From Octopus sinensis (lineage: Eukaryota): 64,000 nt of DNA. Location: the NCBI RefSeq assembly GCF_006345805.1, contig NC_043005.1, positions 5,456,001 to 5,520,000 of the forward strand. Reading direction: 5' to 3'. The position numbers and the translations under genes were made by a program. Of the stretch, positions 1 to 12,430 are shown one piece after another. How positions within the stretch are numbered: the first letter of the stretch is position 1; each line of letters starts with the position of its first letter. The notes beneath the pieces are model-generated. The model was not told where the DNA came from. It made no database searches and was given only the letters and a program-made list of their open reading frames with translations.

Positions 1-187
1 AAGGACTGCCTCAAATTCCATTGTCTGTTTTGGCTTGGTTTTTACAGCCGGATTCCCTTTCTATTTCCAACCACAATACTTGGCAGATTTTTCTTACCAC
101 CAGTAAACAAGTAAAATTGCTATGTAGCTTGCAAGACTACAAACACCGAGGGGGGGGGAGCTTAATGCTAGGAATGGGGTTGGTGGC

Positions 188-415
188 TTAAACCTCTAGC
201 ATTTAAACCGTCCCTATCTGGCCAAAATATTCCATTTGTTTTATGTTCAAAACTGACCAGATCCAGGCTCTCACACCTACCCTACAATGTTATTCTACAT
301 TACACAATCACATCATTGAAATCTGAAGGATATGAGATAATGCAGGATAAATTCAAAACAATGTGAATCAATAAGCATTACGGTTGATTGAATAACCTGG
401 ACCCGAAAGGGTTAA
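188..415. mobile_element. TTAA-bounded MITE (piggyBac-like ends)
   Basis: Starts TTAAACCTCTAG and ends CGAAAGGGTTAA, i.e. degenerate TTAACCCT...AGGGTTAA inverted ends; about 230 bp with no ORF. Confidence 0.6.
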
Positions 416-1243
416 AGTATAAGAAGAGTGGGTGTGGGGTGGGGGGCTTGCAGAGCAGTCTTTTGCTGTAGAGAAGCCATATGGCCACCACTCCCATCTT
501 GAAGTGAGGGTGTGGATGAGCAAGTGTAGCTGGAAAGAGTTAAAGTAGTGATAATGAGGTATCCGGGTTGCCCCTTAAGGTATGAGGTGAATAGGAGGGC
601 CCAGGGTGGGTGGGAGTTGCAAGAGTATATGGTGGGGAGAGTTGAGATATGAAAAGAAACACAGGAGAGGGAGGTACAAAAACTGATTGGATGTAGTGAG
701 GGATGGACAGGCTTCTTTCAGTTTCCACCTACCAAATCCACTCACAAAGCTTTGGTCAGCTCAGGGCTATAGTAGAAGCCACTTGCCCAAAGTGCCATGC
801 AGTGGGGCTGAACCTATCACTCTCTTTCTTTGTCTCTCACATATAACTCAGATACTTGATGCAAGAGAAAAGCACGTATTTATTTTTCTAATGGAACCAA
901 AATATAACATAAGAGACACATCGCACTGAGTGGAAGGCATTGGATTTCTTGTTTTCTGCCTTCTTTTCTTTATTTGTTATGACTCCATGGTAAATAAAAT
1001 CTGCATTTTCTCCAGTGAATCATAAATAAATGACTGACAGCGATTTCATCAGTAAATAGTGAATTTGAGTGGGACATGCACACACATATATATATGTGTG
1101 TATGTATATTTATATCTATGTGCATACATATATACATACACATATGTACGCTAAGAAACAAGACTTAACTAATTCAGTCCCAAACTGCATATCATTAAAT
1201 CTGTACACTGATCCAGAAAGATTTTAGATTAATGAATAGTAAT

Positions 1244-1244
1244 C

Positions 1245-1272
<28 letters not shown>
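1244..1272. repeat. (AAT)n microsatellite; (TA)n/(CA)n tracts follow at about 1477-1640
   Basis: Direct reading; these tracts explain the N-rich and YI/HT-rich ORFs here. Confidence 0.95.
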
Positions 1273-1275
<3 letters not shown>

Positions 1276-1475
1276 CTTGGTTGTTTTTCTTGCCAGCTTT
1301 CAATGTTTGTGTCTATTTGGAAAGCAGTCCAACAAATCCGTGACTTTGCAATGGTTTAGATTAAAATGTTTTCTTTACACATATTTTAAAAACAAGTTAC
1401 AGTCAGACACTAATGAATAGACCGGCACTTTAATGCGTGCACTGTTTCCACATCTATGTATTGGCACATACCTAG

Positions 1476-1528
<53 letters not shown>

Positions 1529-3620
1529 TCTCTGTAAGTATATGTGTGGTGGGTGTACATATATATCAATATTATATATATACACACACACACACACACA
1601 AATTCATGTGTGTGTGTCCGTCTTCGTATGTGTGTGTGTGTGTGTATCCTAATGCATACATGTGTATATACATGTGCATCTGTACATAATTCCATGCTTT
1701 ATTTATAGACACATGTATTTTGTTTATTAGTTCATGTAAAAGAAGGCCAACTCCTGTCGACATTCTTGAGCTCTTCTAGCACAGAGGAATCAGTCATTAA
1801 CAGCAAAAGCAATTATTTTTTTAAAAATTGAAACGATATCACATATAGAGAGAGAAAGTCTCATAGAGATATGCTTGAGGGGCCAGCCTGACACCTCATC
1901 ACTGATATTTCATCTCTTTCCACCTCCTACCCATCCACTCCTCTGTGAGTCCCCCCCGACAGCAAGAAATGTTCTGGTTCCTCCTTTCATACTTTTACTT
2001 CTCATCTTTTAGCATAAAGGCACTTTTCTTTCTGCTGCAACCTCATCTCTTACAGATGCATCTGTATGTACACGTACGCATTAGGACACATGAACACAGA
2101 CACACACACACACACACACATATATATATTTACATGTATTTAAATGGAGACACAGACACACATGAATTTGTGTGTATGTATGTAACTGATATATATACAT
2201 GTACAACCACCACACATATACGTATGGCTACAGTGATGTATACATGTAGAGGGTCTTGCAAGCTCCATGGTGAGTTCACCAGTGCTGCTGCCATGAAGGA
2301 GAAAAGAAATAGAACAGCACCCCACACACTTTGTGAAGTGGTTGAGATTAAGAAGAATGCATGTGCACACACACAATTACCAAATGTACTCCTAAAGCAT
2401 TGGTTTGCCTGGAGCTATAGAAGTTATTTCCCCAAGGTGCCATGCAGTGGGACTGAACACAAAACCACATGGCTGATAAGAAAGCTTCTGAAGTACACAG
2501 CCACCCCTGCACCTATAAAATGATTTCTTTTCTTTTGATGGCATTGATCCCTTCCCTGTCTTGAAGGCGTTGATGTTGTTTATCCTTGATACTTTCTAGC
2601 ATAAAACATTGATATTGGTGTTAGATAAACATTATTTCACTCTCCTTCACCATTTCCACTCTTGACTCTCTTCTAACCATTTTCCCAACTTATTCTTGGA
2701 GAATAACGGTGTGTTAAAGGCTGTGGGCATAAGAAGGTTTCCTTCCCAGCCCCATGGTTTCAGGTTCAGTCTCACTGCACAACACCTTGGGAGTGGGGAA
2801 ATATCTTCTAATAGAGCCCTATGCTGTCCAGTGCCTAGGGAAACTGGTTAGAAGCCTATTGTATGTGGGTGTTTTTATTTTTCTCTCCATTTCTTGGTAA
2901 CCATTGTTAGGTTGTTTACTTCCCCATAACAAAGCAGTTCCTTTCTGGGGACTAGTAGAATAAGTGCCAGACTTGAAAATAAAAAAGTACCGGGGTCTGT
3001 TTGATTGATGAAACCTTTCAAGACAGTGCCCCAGTATGGGCACATATAATAACTGAAGCAAAAGAACATGTGAAGGCAGTAGAGCAACAGGGTGGTAGTG
3101 CCATCGTGGCCAGTTGAGCTACTTTTGAGTTACTTCACGTAAATCTACAAATGCCTTGACCCTGACTTGCAAGAAACTTTCGGGACAAGGGAACAGCTGA
3201 AGGCCTTCACAGAAAACACCCCACCCTGCCTTATGGATGCCTTTTTGCCCTTAGATTCTTAACTTTTTGCCCCTTAACTTCTCTAAGGAGACTGAACACA
3301 CTCATATTACAATTCCTGGATACCCTTCGACCTCCACATTTTGTGCAACTATTTGCATTTTTACCTAATACTTTCTAGGTGGTCAGGTGCCCTGGAGTCA
3401 AAATATCTTGGATGTTGTAACCACTTCAGCCTGAGACACCACTTGCACATAAGTCATACAGGGGAGTGTATATGGCCAAAAGAAGGCAATAGTAAACAAA
3501 ATTTATATATACATACGTGTGTGTGTGTGTTTATGTCTGTGTTAGTTGACAACCAATGTTGATGTTACAGTTCTATGGTGTAGTGGTTAAGAGCTCAGGC
3601 TACTAATCCCAAGATTTCAA

Positions 3621-3656
<36 letters not shown>

Positions 3657-3671
3657 AATAAATAAAAATAA

Positions 3672-4017
3672 ATGTGGCTTCTTAAGGCGACTACAGTATC
3701 AGTGATTGTAGGATCTCTAGGAATGATAAAAGGTACTGAAACCCATTTGAAAATGATACCAGGCTTACCATCCCTACAGGAAGTGCAAAAAATCGTATTA
3801 ACTGGAACGGCTCAAGTACTGAGAAGAGCATTATCACTGTGAAAACAACATCCATTCATGAATTTATTTATTTATCAATTTTTTAAATACATATTTTACC
3901 GGTGAATTTACATGTGTAATCTGGGAATGCATACAATGAGCTTCTCTGCCCTAGGTGTACGGAAAACACTCGGCGAGAAACGGAAGAAAATTTGAAGAAA
4001 GAAGGAAAAAATAATAA
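3672..4017 (+). mobile_element. 3' end of an R4/Dong-clade non-LTR retrotransposon in a (TAA)n tract
   Basis: Translates as MWLLKATTVSVIVGSLGMIKGTETHLKMIPGLPSLQEVQKIVLTGTAQVLRRALSL*, the typical C-terminus of the R4/Dong RLE domain. Flanked by (TAA)n at about 3622-3650 and AATAATAAT at the 3' end; TAA repeats are the known Dong target. Confidence 0.8.
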
Positions 4018-4019
4018 TT

Positions 4020-4160
4020 ACATTGAAAAATCCCTTAGGAATGAGAACCCAGGTTCGAAATTTCCCTAAGACACCTGAAGAAGGCTGGAGGGTATATCAG
4101 CCAAAACGTTGCATTAACAAACAAGGTGAAGACAAATATCCTTCAAATGTAAATAATGTG
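4020..4160 (+). mobile_element. Penelope-like element terminal fragment with a decayed hammerhead motif
   Basis: 4071-4114: ACAC-CTGAAGA-A-GGCTG(10 nt)CAGCC-AAAAC-GTT, the CUGANGA / stem II / (G)AAA layout typical of PLE pseudo-LTRs. Confidence 0.6.
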
Positions 4161-5216
4161 CAATGTTGGTGTGTTTACATCTCTGTAACTTAGCAGTTTG
4201 GCAAAAGAGACTGACAGAATAAATACAAGGTTAAAAAAATAAGACTCCAAGTTAATTCAAAGACTAAAAGTTCTTGAAGGCTGTGCTCCAGCATGGCTGC
4301 AGTTTAATGACTGAAACAAGCAAAAGATGATATATATATATATATATATATGAAGTGGAACAGTAGAATTCAAAGAAATCTGTGATGTTGTGTCATTATC
4401 ATCGTTTAACGTCCATGCTGTTTTGAGCTGAGAAAATATCAAATTCAAAAAGTTTGCAAAGTAGAATGAATGAGTTTTTTTGTGTGAATAATGTGTTCTA
4501 CTTTGTAAAACCTTTTCCTTGTTTAGATATATTTTCATCATTCTTTATACATGCATGTCATACAGCTTGCCTGGTTGGTTGTTACTGCATTAACCATTTC
4601 AAAACATGCAAGTATTATATTTCCACAGATAATATGTAATTTATATCTGTCTATCTTTTTACTTACTTATAATAAATAATAGGTTGTTAGTAAATAATTC
4701 ATTCCAACTCCATTTTAGAGTCTCTATGTTTCTATAAATAATAATTTCTTTTTAATGTTTCTTTTAAAATCATTTCCATTTTTGTATTTTGGTTTGCAAG
4801 ATTCTTGATGTGAAACAAATTTTGTTGTCTTGGGTAAGTCATTACACTGATAATAATAATAATACATGCACAGGTTCAGTTCCACTTCTTTATTAGTCAA
4901 TTGGTTAAATCTCTGACCAACTAACTAATCAATCATATGTTTAATGTGTTGGTTAAACCTCGAACCAATTGATTGAACCTGTGCAGATATTATCATTATT
5001 GGCATAATGGCTCTCTCAAGACAACAAAATTTTAAAAATCATTTCTCTGTCAAAACTTCAGGGATATAGTATTTTAAGATATTTTTTTATGATGAGGTAC
5101 TTGGCTAACTAAAATATCTGTGTAGTACCTAGTGTCTACAAGATTAACACTATTGCCACCACATTCTCGCCTATGTTTTAATGAATTTTGAAAACTTGAT
5201 AATATAAACTTGTCTG

Positions 5217-5425
5217 AGGCAGTGGGCTGGCAGAACTGTTAGAACACTGGACAAAATGCTTAATGGCATCTCATCTACCTTTACATTCTGAGTTCAAATT
5301 CCACCAAGGTCCACTTATCTTTCATTCTTTTGAGGTTGATGAAATAAATATCATTTGAGCACTGGGGTCAATGTAATCAACTTAATCCCCCCCCCCCCGA
5401 AATTTCAGATTATTCTGATATTTGG
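5217..5425 (+). mobile_element. tRNA-derived SINE family A (representative copy)
   Basis: Head GAGCTGGCAGAA..GTTAG, B-box-like GAGTTCAAATTC, conserved core GACTTTGCYTTTCATCCTTTYGGGGTYGATAAAATAAGTACCAGT..CTGGGG. More than 25 similar copies in the window. The core resembles my recollection of the Meta/MESC SINE domain (not verified). Confidence 0.8.
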
Positions 5426-5649
5426 AACATAAATCAATGTGAAATTTTGCTAAAAGGTTTTCATATTCTTGTAAAGCATGGAATTTGTCTGCTAGAACCA
5501 GGGATGGTTTCAAAACTGACAGACTGATGTCTTGTGCTGTTCAGTTTGAGGACATGATCTTTAAGTTAGTGGCTCAGCACTTCTACCCTGGAGATGGCAC
5601 ACCTTCATTTAATTTCAATTATTATAAGCTCACTTTTTGTTTTTTTAAT

Positions 5650-6060
5650 CATCATTCCTCATCGTCATTTTGATATTCAGTCTTTTATGCTTGCACCAGG
5701 CTGGACGGAATTTGTTGAGGCAGATTTTCTGCAACTGAATGCCTTTCCTGTCACCAACCCTCACCTGTTTTCAACTAAGGTGATATTTCCTCTTGGCCAG
5801 CTAGACATGTTTTCATGGAAACATTGCTTGTATGACAGTGACACTCATTCACAACTATCACACGAGGTCAAGATAAGGAGACATAAACAGAGAGAGAGAG
5901 AAAGGGAGGAGGGATTTTTTTAGTTTCCATCTACCAAATTCACTCATGGGGCTTTGGTCAGCCCAGTGCTATAGTAGATACTTGTCCAATGTGCTTTGCA
6001 GTGGGGTTGATCCCTAAGCCATATGATTGGGAAGCGAACTTCTTAACCACACAGCTAGGC
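5650..6060 (-). mobile_element. tRNA/CORE-like SINE family B with RTE-type 3' tail, near full-length
   Basis: Reverse complement gives a tRNA-like head, a CORE-like segment (related copies read ACCTTGGGCAAGTGTCTT), ..GAATTTGGTAGATGGAAAC.., and a tail shared with the RTE 3' end. Related copies lie at about 700-810, 2380-2510, 6800-7170, 12900-13290, 14110-14340, 18690-18860, 23620-23770, 29280-29640, 36560-37270, 37850-38240, 54500-54660 and 58550-58900. Confidence 0.75.
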
Positions 6061-7349
6061 AAAAAAGAAAAAGAAAGAAAAAAAACGTAGTTACAAACCC
6101 AGCAGTTAAAAAATTTCTATAAAAGTTTCTGTAGAAGATAACTCTTCAAGTTGAGCGTAAGTTGTACCCAATATATTCTAATGTACAATATATTCGGTTA
6201 TGGTTGTTATTTAGCCAAGCAAAAGCAACTAGATAGAAATGTGCTTTTCCCAGTATATAAATTGTGTTGGTTTTATGTTGTATATTGTATGTTTCTGATA
6301 GCTTTGCAAATTGCTGACAATTATTATACCTTCTGAACAGTGAAAAGTGATTCATAATGGTTGACTCAGCACAACAACATTCTCTAACTTTCATGGTCTA
6401 TGGCTTTGTTATCTGCTCATACATCATTGTATTGCACTGTGTCTATGGGCAAAGCAATAAACTTCCTTGCTTTCACTTTCTAGCTTTGTTACGAGAAACA
6501 TTTGAAATACTTTCTTTGTAGGAATCGACACAGTTTAAATTATGCAAGGATGAGATTTTCATTGTTTTCAAACAAAGGGTAGAGTATCAATGAAGTTCTA
6601 TTAACTTCGGGAATTTCATTGAAATTGCCAGTACTTGGCTTGTACTTTAATCTCTTTATTTTATTGACCCTGAAAGGTTGAAAGGCAAAGTTAACCTCAG
6701 CAAGCATGTAATGAGTCAGAAGAAATACTGCCAAAGATCTTCTTTACTTCTCAAAAAACCCTGCCAGTCCATTGCCTTAAAAATGGTAATTGCTTTAATG
6801 TCTGTTTCTCCATGCTTGCAAGGGTCAGGTGGGGTTAATTAAGCAGATTCTGCATGGCTGGATGTTCTGCCTGTTGTCACCTCTCGCCTGTTTCTAAACC
6901 AGGTAATATTTCTCCAGGGCCAGACATGTTTTCACTGAAGATTGGAAATGAATGACACTGCTTTTATAACAGTGACACTCCTTTACAACTATTAATAGAT
7001 GTCAAAACATTGGAGATACAAACACACACCTGGGCGTACGGCAGGTGTCTTTCAGTTTCTACCAAATCACCTCACAATGTTTTGCCCAGCCCAGATCAAA
7101 AGTAGAAGATACCCAAGCTGCTATACAGTGGGACTGAACCTGATGCTGTGTGGTTGGAAAACAAACTCCTGAAATTCTGGGAGAGGGGATAGTTCATTGC
7201 AATAACCCCGCAGCTCAACTGGTACTTATTTTATCAATCTCCAAAGAATGAAAGGCTCAGCCAACTTCACTAAAATTTGAACTCGGAGACGGATGAAGTG
7301 CTGCCAAGCCTTTTGCCCAATGTGCTCACAATTCTGCAAACTCACCATC

Positions 7350-7385
<36 letters not shown>

Positions 7386-8284
7386 GTTTCTGTTTTAGGC
7401 ACAGGACTAATGGTTCCGAGGGGAAGGATGTAAGTTGATACCATCAACCTTAGTACTGGGCTGGTACTCGATTTTATTGAGAATTTATTCATGTTAATAT
7501 GTCTGCTCCTGACCTTCTTCCATACATGAACATTATTAGCACACACACACACAATATAACCTCTTCCTTGGCAATCCATTACATTGCTCACTAGGTGTTA
7601 CCTCACACCATCTCAACACACACACACTCACTTGTTCCTGCATGTCTTTATACAGTTAACAAAAGGGCTGTGGAGTATAAATCAATGCAAATTAATAGTT
7701 TGTTCCACCTACCATATTAAGATATCATTAACCTTTCTCTCTGTTTTACTGATCTGCAAGAAGCCAGCTTAATCCAAGCTATATAATCTGCTTTAGGGTT
7801 CAAATAGAGTTAACCCCCAGTTAAACTGGATCAGCTGTCAGCTAGTTCATAACTCAGCCGACATATCATTCATAGTAATTTCTCACTCATTATTCGTGTT
7901 GACTTCACATGTTTACCAAGTGGCCTTTAATCCTCTTCCTTCTTCCTCCCCTCCTTTTCCCACTTCTTCTTCTTCTTCCCCCTCCCTCCGTCTTCTTCTT
8001 CTGATTTTGTTTCCATTACTTGCCACTTGTCTCCTTGACACCTAGGGCAAAGAAACTCACTGTATATATTGATAGACCATTAAAACAAAAACACCAGGTT
8101 GTTCATTTACAAAGTCATGTGATAGAAAAAAAGGAAAGAAGAAAAGTCTTTTGAAAAAATCAAAAAGAAAACAAAAAGGAAAGAAAATTCTCAGCGCCAG
8201 TTACGACAATCTTTTGCCTGGATGGTAATCCAGGGATCATACTCAAAAAATTTTTCAGTTCTTTTTTTTCTTCCCCCTAATCAT

Positions 8285-8732
8285 CGCAAGTTGGCAGAAT
8301 CGTTAGCATGTGGAGTGCTGAGCAGCATTTCTCCAGACTTCACATTCTAAGTTCAAATGCTACTGGGGTTGACTTTGCTTTTCATCCTTTCAGGGTGGAT
8401 GAAATAAGTACCAGTCAAGCACTGGGGGTCAATGTATTTAATTACCCCCTTCCCCACCAAAATTTTAAGCCTTTATGCTTATAACACAAGGCATTATTAT
8501 TATTATTAGTAGTAGTAGTAGTAAGGCAACAAGCTGGCAGTCATTAGCTGACTGGGCAAAGTGCTTAGCAGTATTTTGTCAGTCTTCACATTCCAAGTTC
8601 AAATTCCACCAAGGTCGACGTTGCTTTTCATCCTTTCAGGCTCAGTAAAATAGTACCAGTCGAGTACTGGGGTTGACATAATTGACTTAGCTAAACCCAA
8701 AATTGCTGGCCTTGTGCCAAAATTTGAAACCA

Positions 8733-8812
<80 letters not shown>

Positions 8813-9250
8813 TGTAGTAGTAGTATTAAAGTGGCAAGCTAGCAGAATCATTAATGCATTGAACAAAATGCTTTGCAATATTTATTCCAGATTTCTACAT
8901 TCTGAGTTCAAATCTTTGCTTTTCATCCTTTCAGGGTTGATAAAATAAAGTACAAGTACTAGGGATAGATTAACAGCCTTCCCTCAAAACTGTTGGCCCT
9001 GTGCCTAAATTTGAAACAGTTGTTATAATTAAGTCAGTGCATTGGTAGAATCATTAGCACATCAGGGAAATTCCCTTGGTGTATTTCTTCTGGCTCGTTA
9101 CATTCTGGGTTCAAATTCTGTTGAGGTTAATCTTGCCTTTTTATTATTTAAAGATCAGTAAAATAAAGAAACTTAAGTACCAGTCAAATAATGAGGTCAA
9201 TGCAATCAATTACCCCTTCCCCAAATTTCTGGTCTTGAGTCTGTATCAGA
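8285..9250 (+). mobile_element. Head-to-tail chain of four family-A SINEs separated by (ATT)n/(AGT)n tracts
   Basis: Copies at about 8285-8500, 8523-8735, 8826-9030 and 9035-9250; compound (TTA)n(TAG)n at 8733-8825. Confidence 0.8.
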
Positions 9251-9284
9251 AACAAATGGGTAGATGATAATTATATAGAATCTT

Positions 9285-10560
9285 ATCAGGTGGATTCTAC
9301 CTGGAATTCAAAAGGCTCGGCCTTGTCATATACGCACTGAGTCAACCACTTGTATGTTAATTCAGGGGCAGGTAATTCAGTAGATCAAACAACTGAATCC
9401 TCATTGTTGAATGTCAGTGATCCACCATATTGTGGTACCTACTGTTCAGTTATTCTAGTCATCAAAATTTTCTACAATTTTGGGCTTACCAAGTTCACCT
9501 GCAGCCTTTTCGGAGACATAATTCTGCCACTTGTGTAACGTGTTGTTTCCGCACACACACACATATTACAAATGACCAGTTGTAAATTGAAACAAATCTT
9601 ATCATGGCATCACCTATATTTTTTCTGAGGTAACATCTTGAAGCATGCTTCCTACCATATGTCTCATATTTTCCACTTAATGATTACATAGGTATGACTT
9701 GTTCAGTGGACAGATGTTTAGAGCTTCATTTTGAGAAACCAACATCAAACACTTTGCTCCTTTCTTTAAATCCACAATCCAAAGCTCCTCCCATGACTTC
9801 CCATATTCTTGATGGTCTCTGTGAACCTATCCGTGTCACTGAACCCCCCCACCTCTTTTGGAAATTATTCTGCTTTCCTATGTCTTCTTCAAGTTCATCA
9901 CAAATAAAAACTAATTCTATCGCAGCATCTTTAAGTGGTTCTTCTTCACTCTTTACTGACCCCAGTTCTTCATTCACTCAATCCGAAATGCTAATAAGTC
10001 CTCCCCCTCCAGTCTTCCATTATATGTATAAACAATGACATTTGCCCCTGGGTGAAGCACTTCATGCATAATTAGGCTTTTTCTCATTCTCCTTTGTAAC
10101 ATGTCTGTTTCATCTTTCGTCTAGTTTTTTAGAATACTCGACAGCATCTAGCTGTCACATTTATCAAATTCCTTGAATTAAGTTTGAATTTCAATACAAT
10201 CTTTAATTATTTTCAAACATATTTTTTAAACTTCTTGTTCCACTTTCTTGTGTGTGCTGTCAAGTTCCAGTATACCAAGAGATTTGTGACCATTATCATC
10301 AAGTTCTAAAACCCATTCTTCCAATAAGATTATTCCATTGGTATGGGCTCCCTTTCCTTTCTCCATGGCTAAAGTCACTCATTTGGATATACCAAACTCT
10401 ATTCTAATATCACTACAACACTCTTTTACCAGTTTAATATTTGATTTGATCACTTTGCCAGACTTTGTAAATATTGTGAAGTCATCCATGAAGAAATGAT
10501 TTTGAGAAAGTGAATTTCTCGCTAGTTTATTGCCTAAGTTGACTTTTCTTTCTAAGAGTC
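9285..10560 (-). mobile_element. Degraded R4/Dong-clade non-LTR retrotransposon (RT C-terminal half plus RLE relic)
   Basis: Minus-strand translation NHFFMDDFTIFTKSGKVIKSNIKLVKECCSDIRIEFGISK*VTLAMEKGK..GHKSLGILELD matches the Dong-type (Y/F)MDD motif and following region. Further downstream come LHPGA.., GGGGLISI and a CLIY*ITCP RLE-like relic, with many stops and frameshifts. Confidence 0.8.
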
Positions 10561-12244
10561 ATGAAAATAGGTATTATTATTATTATTATTATAAAAGCAG
10601 TGAGCTGGCAGAATCATTAGAGTGTTGGACAAAATGCCGTGCAAGTATGTTTTCCAGCTCTTGATGTTGTGGTTACAACTCCAGCTGGGGGTCGACTTCA
10701 CCTTTCATCTTTTGGTGTCAATAAAATAAAGCACCAATCACCACCACCACCATCACCATCATCATTTAACGTCCACCTTCCATGCTGGCATGGGTTAGAT
10801 GGTTTGATAGGAGCTGGCCAGGCAGGAGCCTGCACCAGACTTCTGTGTTTGTTTTGGCAGGGTTTTTATGGCTGGATGCTCTTCCTGACACCAACCACTC
10901 TGCAAAATAGACTGAGTGCTCTTTATGTGGCACAAGCACAGGTGAGATCAGTTTGGTATGGTTTTTGCAGGTGGGTGCCCTTCCAAATGCCAACCACTTT
11001 ACAATGTGGATTGGATGCTCTTCAAGTGTCACCGGCACTGGCAGGGTCACCAAGTAACATGCAAGAAGTACTGAAATTGAATGAATCAACTAAACCCTTC
11101 CCCTCAAAATTGTTGACCTTGTACATAAATCCACAGAGTTGGTGAAATCTTTAGAGTATCAGATAAAATGCTTCATGCCATTTTTTCCAGGTCTTACCTG
11201 TTAAAGTTGTAGGTCATTACAGGTATAGCTAAGGTATTGATTGCCTCAATCCTGTTTTTCACATTAAGTTGGCTCTTCAGGATAGTTTTAACTCTATGAT
11301 AACATTATTTCTGTATTCTTTGCACATTTGTGGATGCTGGGTGTCATCCCCTTCTCATACACCTTAATATTTGTAATTTTTTTCCTAGATTCTAAGTCCT
11401 TGATGTTAGTACACTTGTTTTTCTCTTGAAGAATGCAGTTTTAGCACATTTGTCATGACCAAACTCCATTCCAATATCGTCACTGTTAAAAGTCATTCCA
11501 GTTATTGATTATCTTTTATGAAAAGCTTTAGATCATTCCTGTACAATTGGTGATTGATTTGTCTTTCATCCACTCTGCACTCATGATTTCTACCATTCAG
11601 CAGCTTACTTAGAGGAACACCATTTCATCTGTCTTCACATTCTGATTTCAAATTCCACTGAAGTCAACTTTGCTTTATTTTATCAACCTTTCGGGGTTGA
11701 TGAAATAAATACCAGTTGAATACTGGGGTCAACATAATTGACTTTCCCCTCCTCTCCAATTTGCTGAACTTGTGTCAAATTTAAAAAAAGAATTATTATT
11801 TTGTTAGTATTGTCATTATTACTTACTTTGACCTCTTTTTCTTAAAATCTTTGCTATTTGCCAGTTGAAGCAATATTCTTCACATTATCCCTCTAGTAGG
11901 GCATCTTTCCCTTTGAACCATAAATTTTTGACCAAAATAAAACTATTTTTATCGTAACTGAAACTTGAGCATGCCATTTCATCCTTTTTCCCATTCTGAG
12001 TTCAAATTCTGCTGAGGTGATTTTTGCTTTTCATCCCTTCAGGCTCAGTAAAATAAATATCAGTTGAACACTAGGGTCAATGTAATCGACTGAACCCCTC
12101 TCCCCAAATTTCAGGCCTTCTGCCAGTAGAAAGGATTATTATTGGGCGTTTTCTTTTATAGCCCTGAGCTGATCAGTGCTTTGTGAGTCAATTTGTAGAT
12201 GGAATCTGTATGGAAGTCTTTGGTGTGTCTGTATCTGTGTGTGT

Positions 12245-12430
12245 TTGTGTTTGTATCCCCACTGCTTGACAACTGGTGTTGGTTCGTTTACATCCCTGTA
12301 ACTTAGCAGTTCAACAAAAAGAACCAATGGAATAAGTGTCTGACTCAAAATAAGTACCATGGGCAATTTGTTCAACTAAACATTAAAAAGTGGTGCTCCA
12401 GGCTGGCCTGAATCCGATGACTGAAATAGT
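12245..12430 (+). mobile_element. Repeat family C (SINE 3' module: GCTTGACAAC..GTAACTTAGC..GAATAAGT..GGTGCTCCAG..TGACTGAAA)
   Basis: Similar copies at about 4160-4330 and 23775-23950. Confidence 0.6.

Noticed and set aside
1375-2523. Long ORFs rich in YI/HT/CV
   Set aside because: Translations of (TA)n/(CA)n microsatellites and SINE tails; no protein signature or splice support.
9726-9977. Acidic 83-aa minus-strand ORF that looked like a host gene
   Set aside because: It lies in register within the degraded R4/Dong element.
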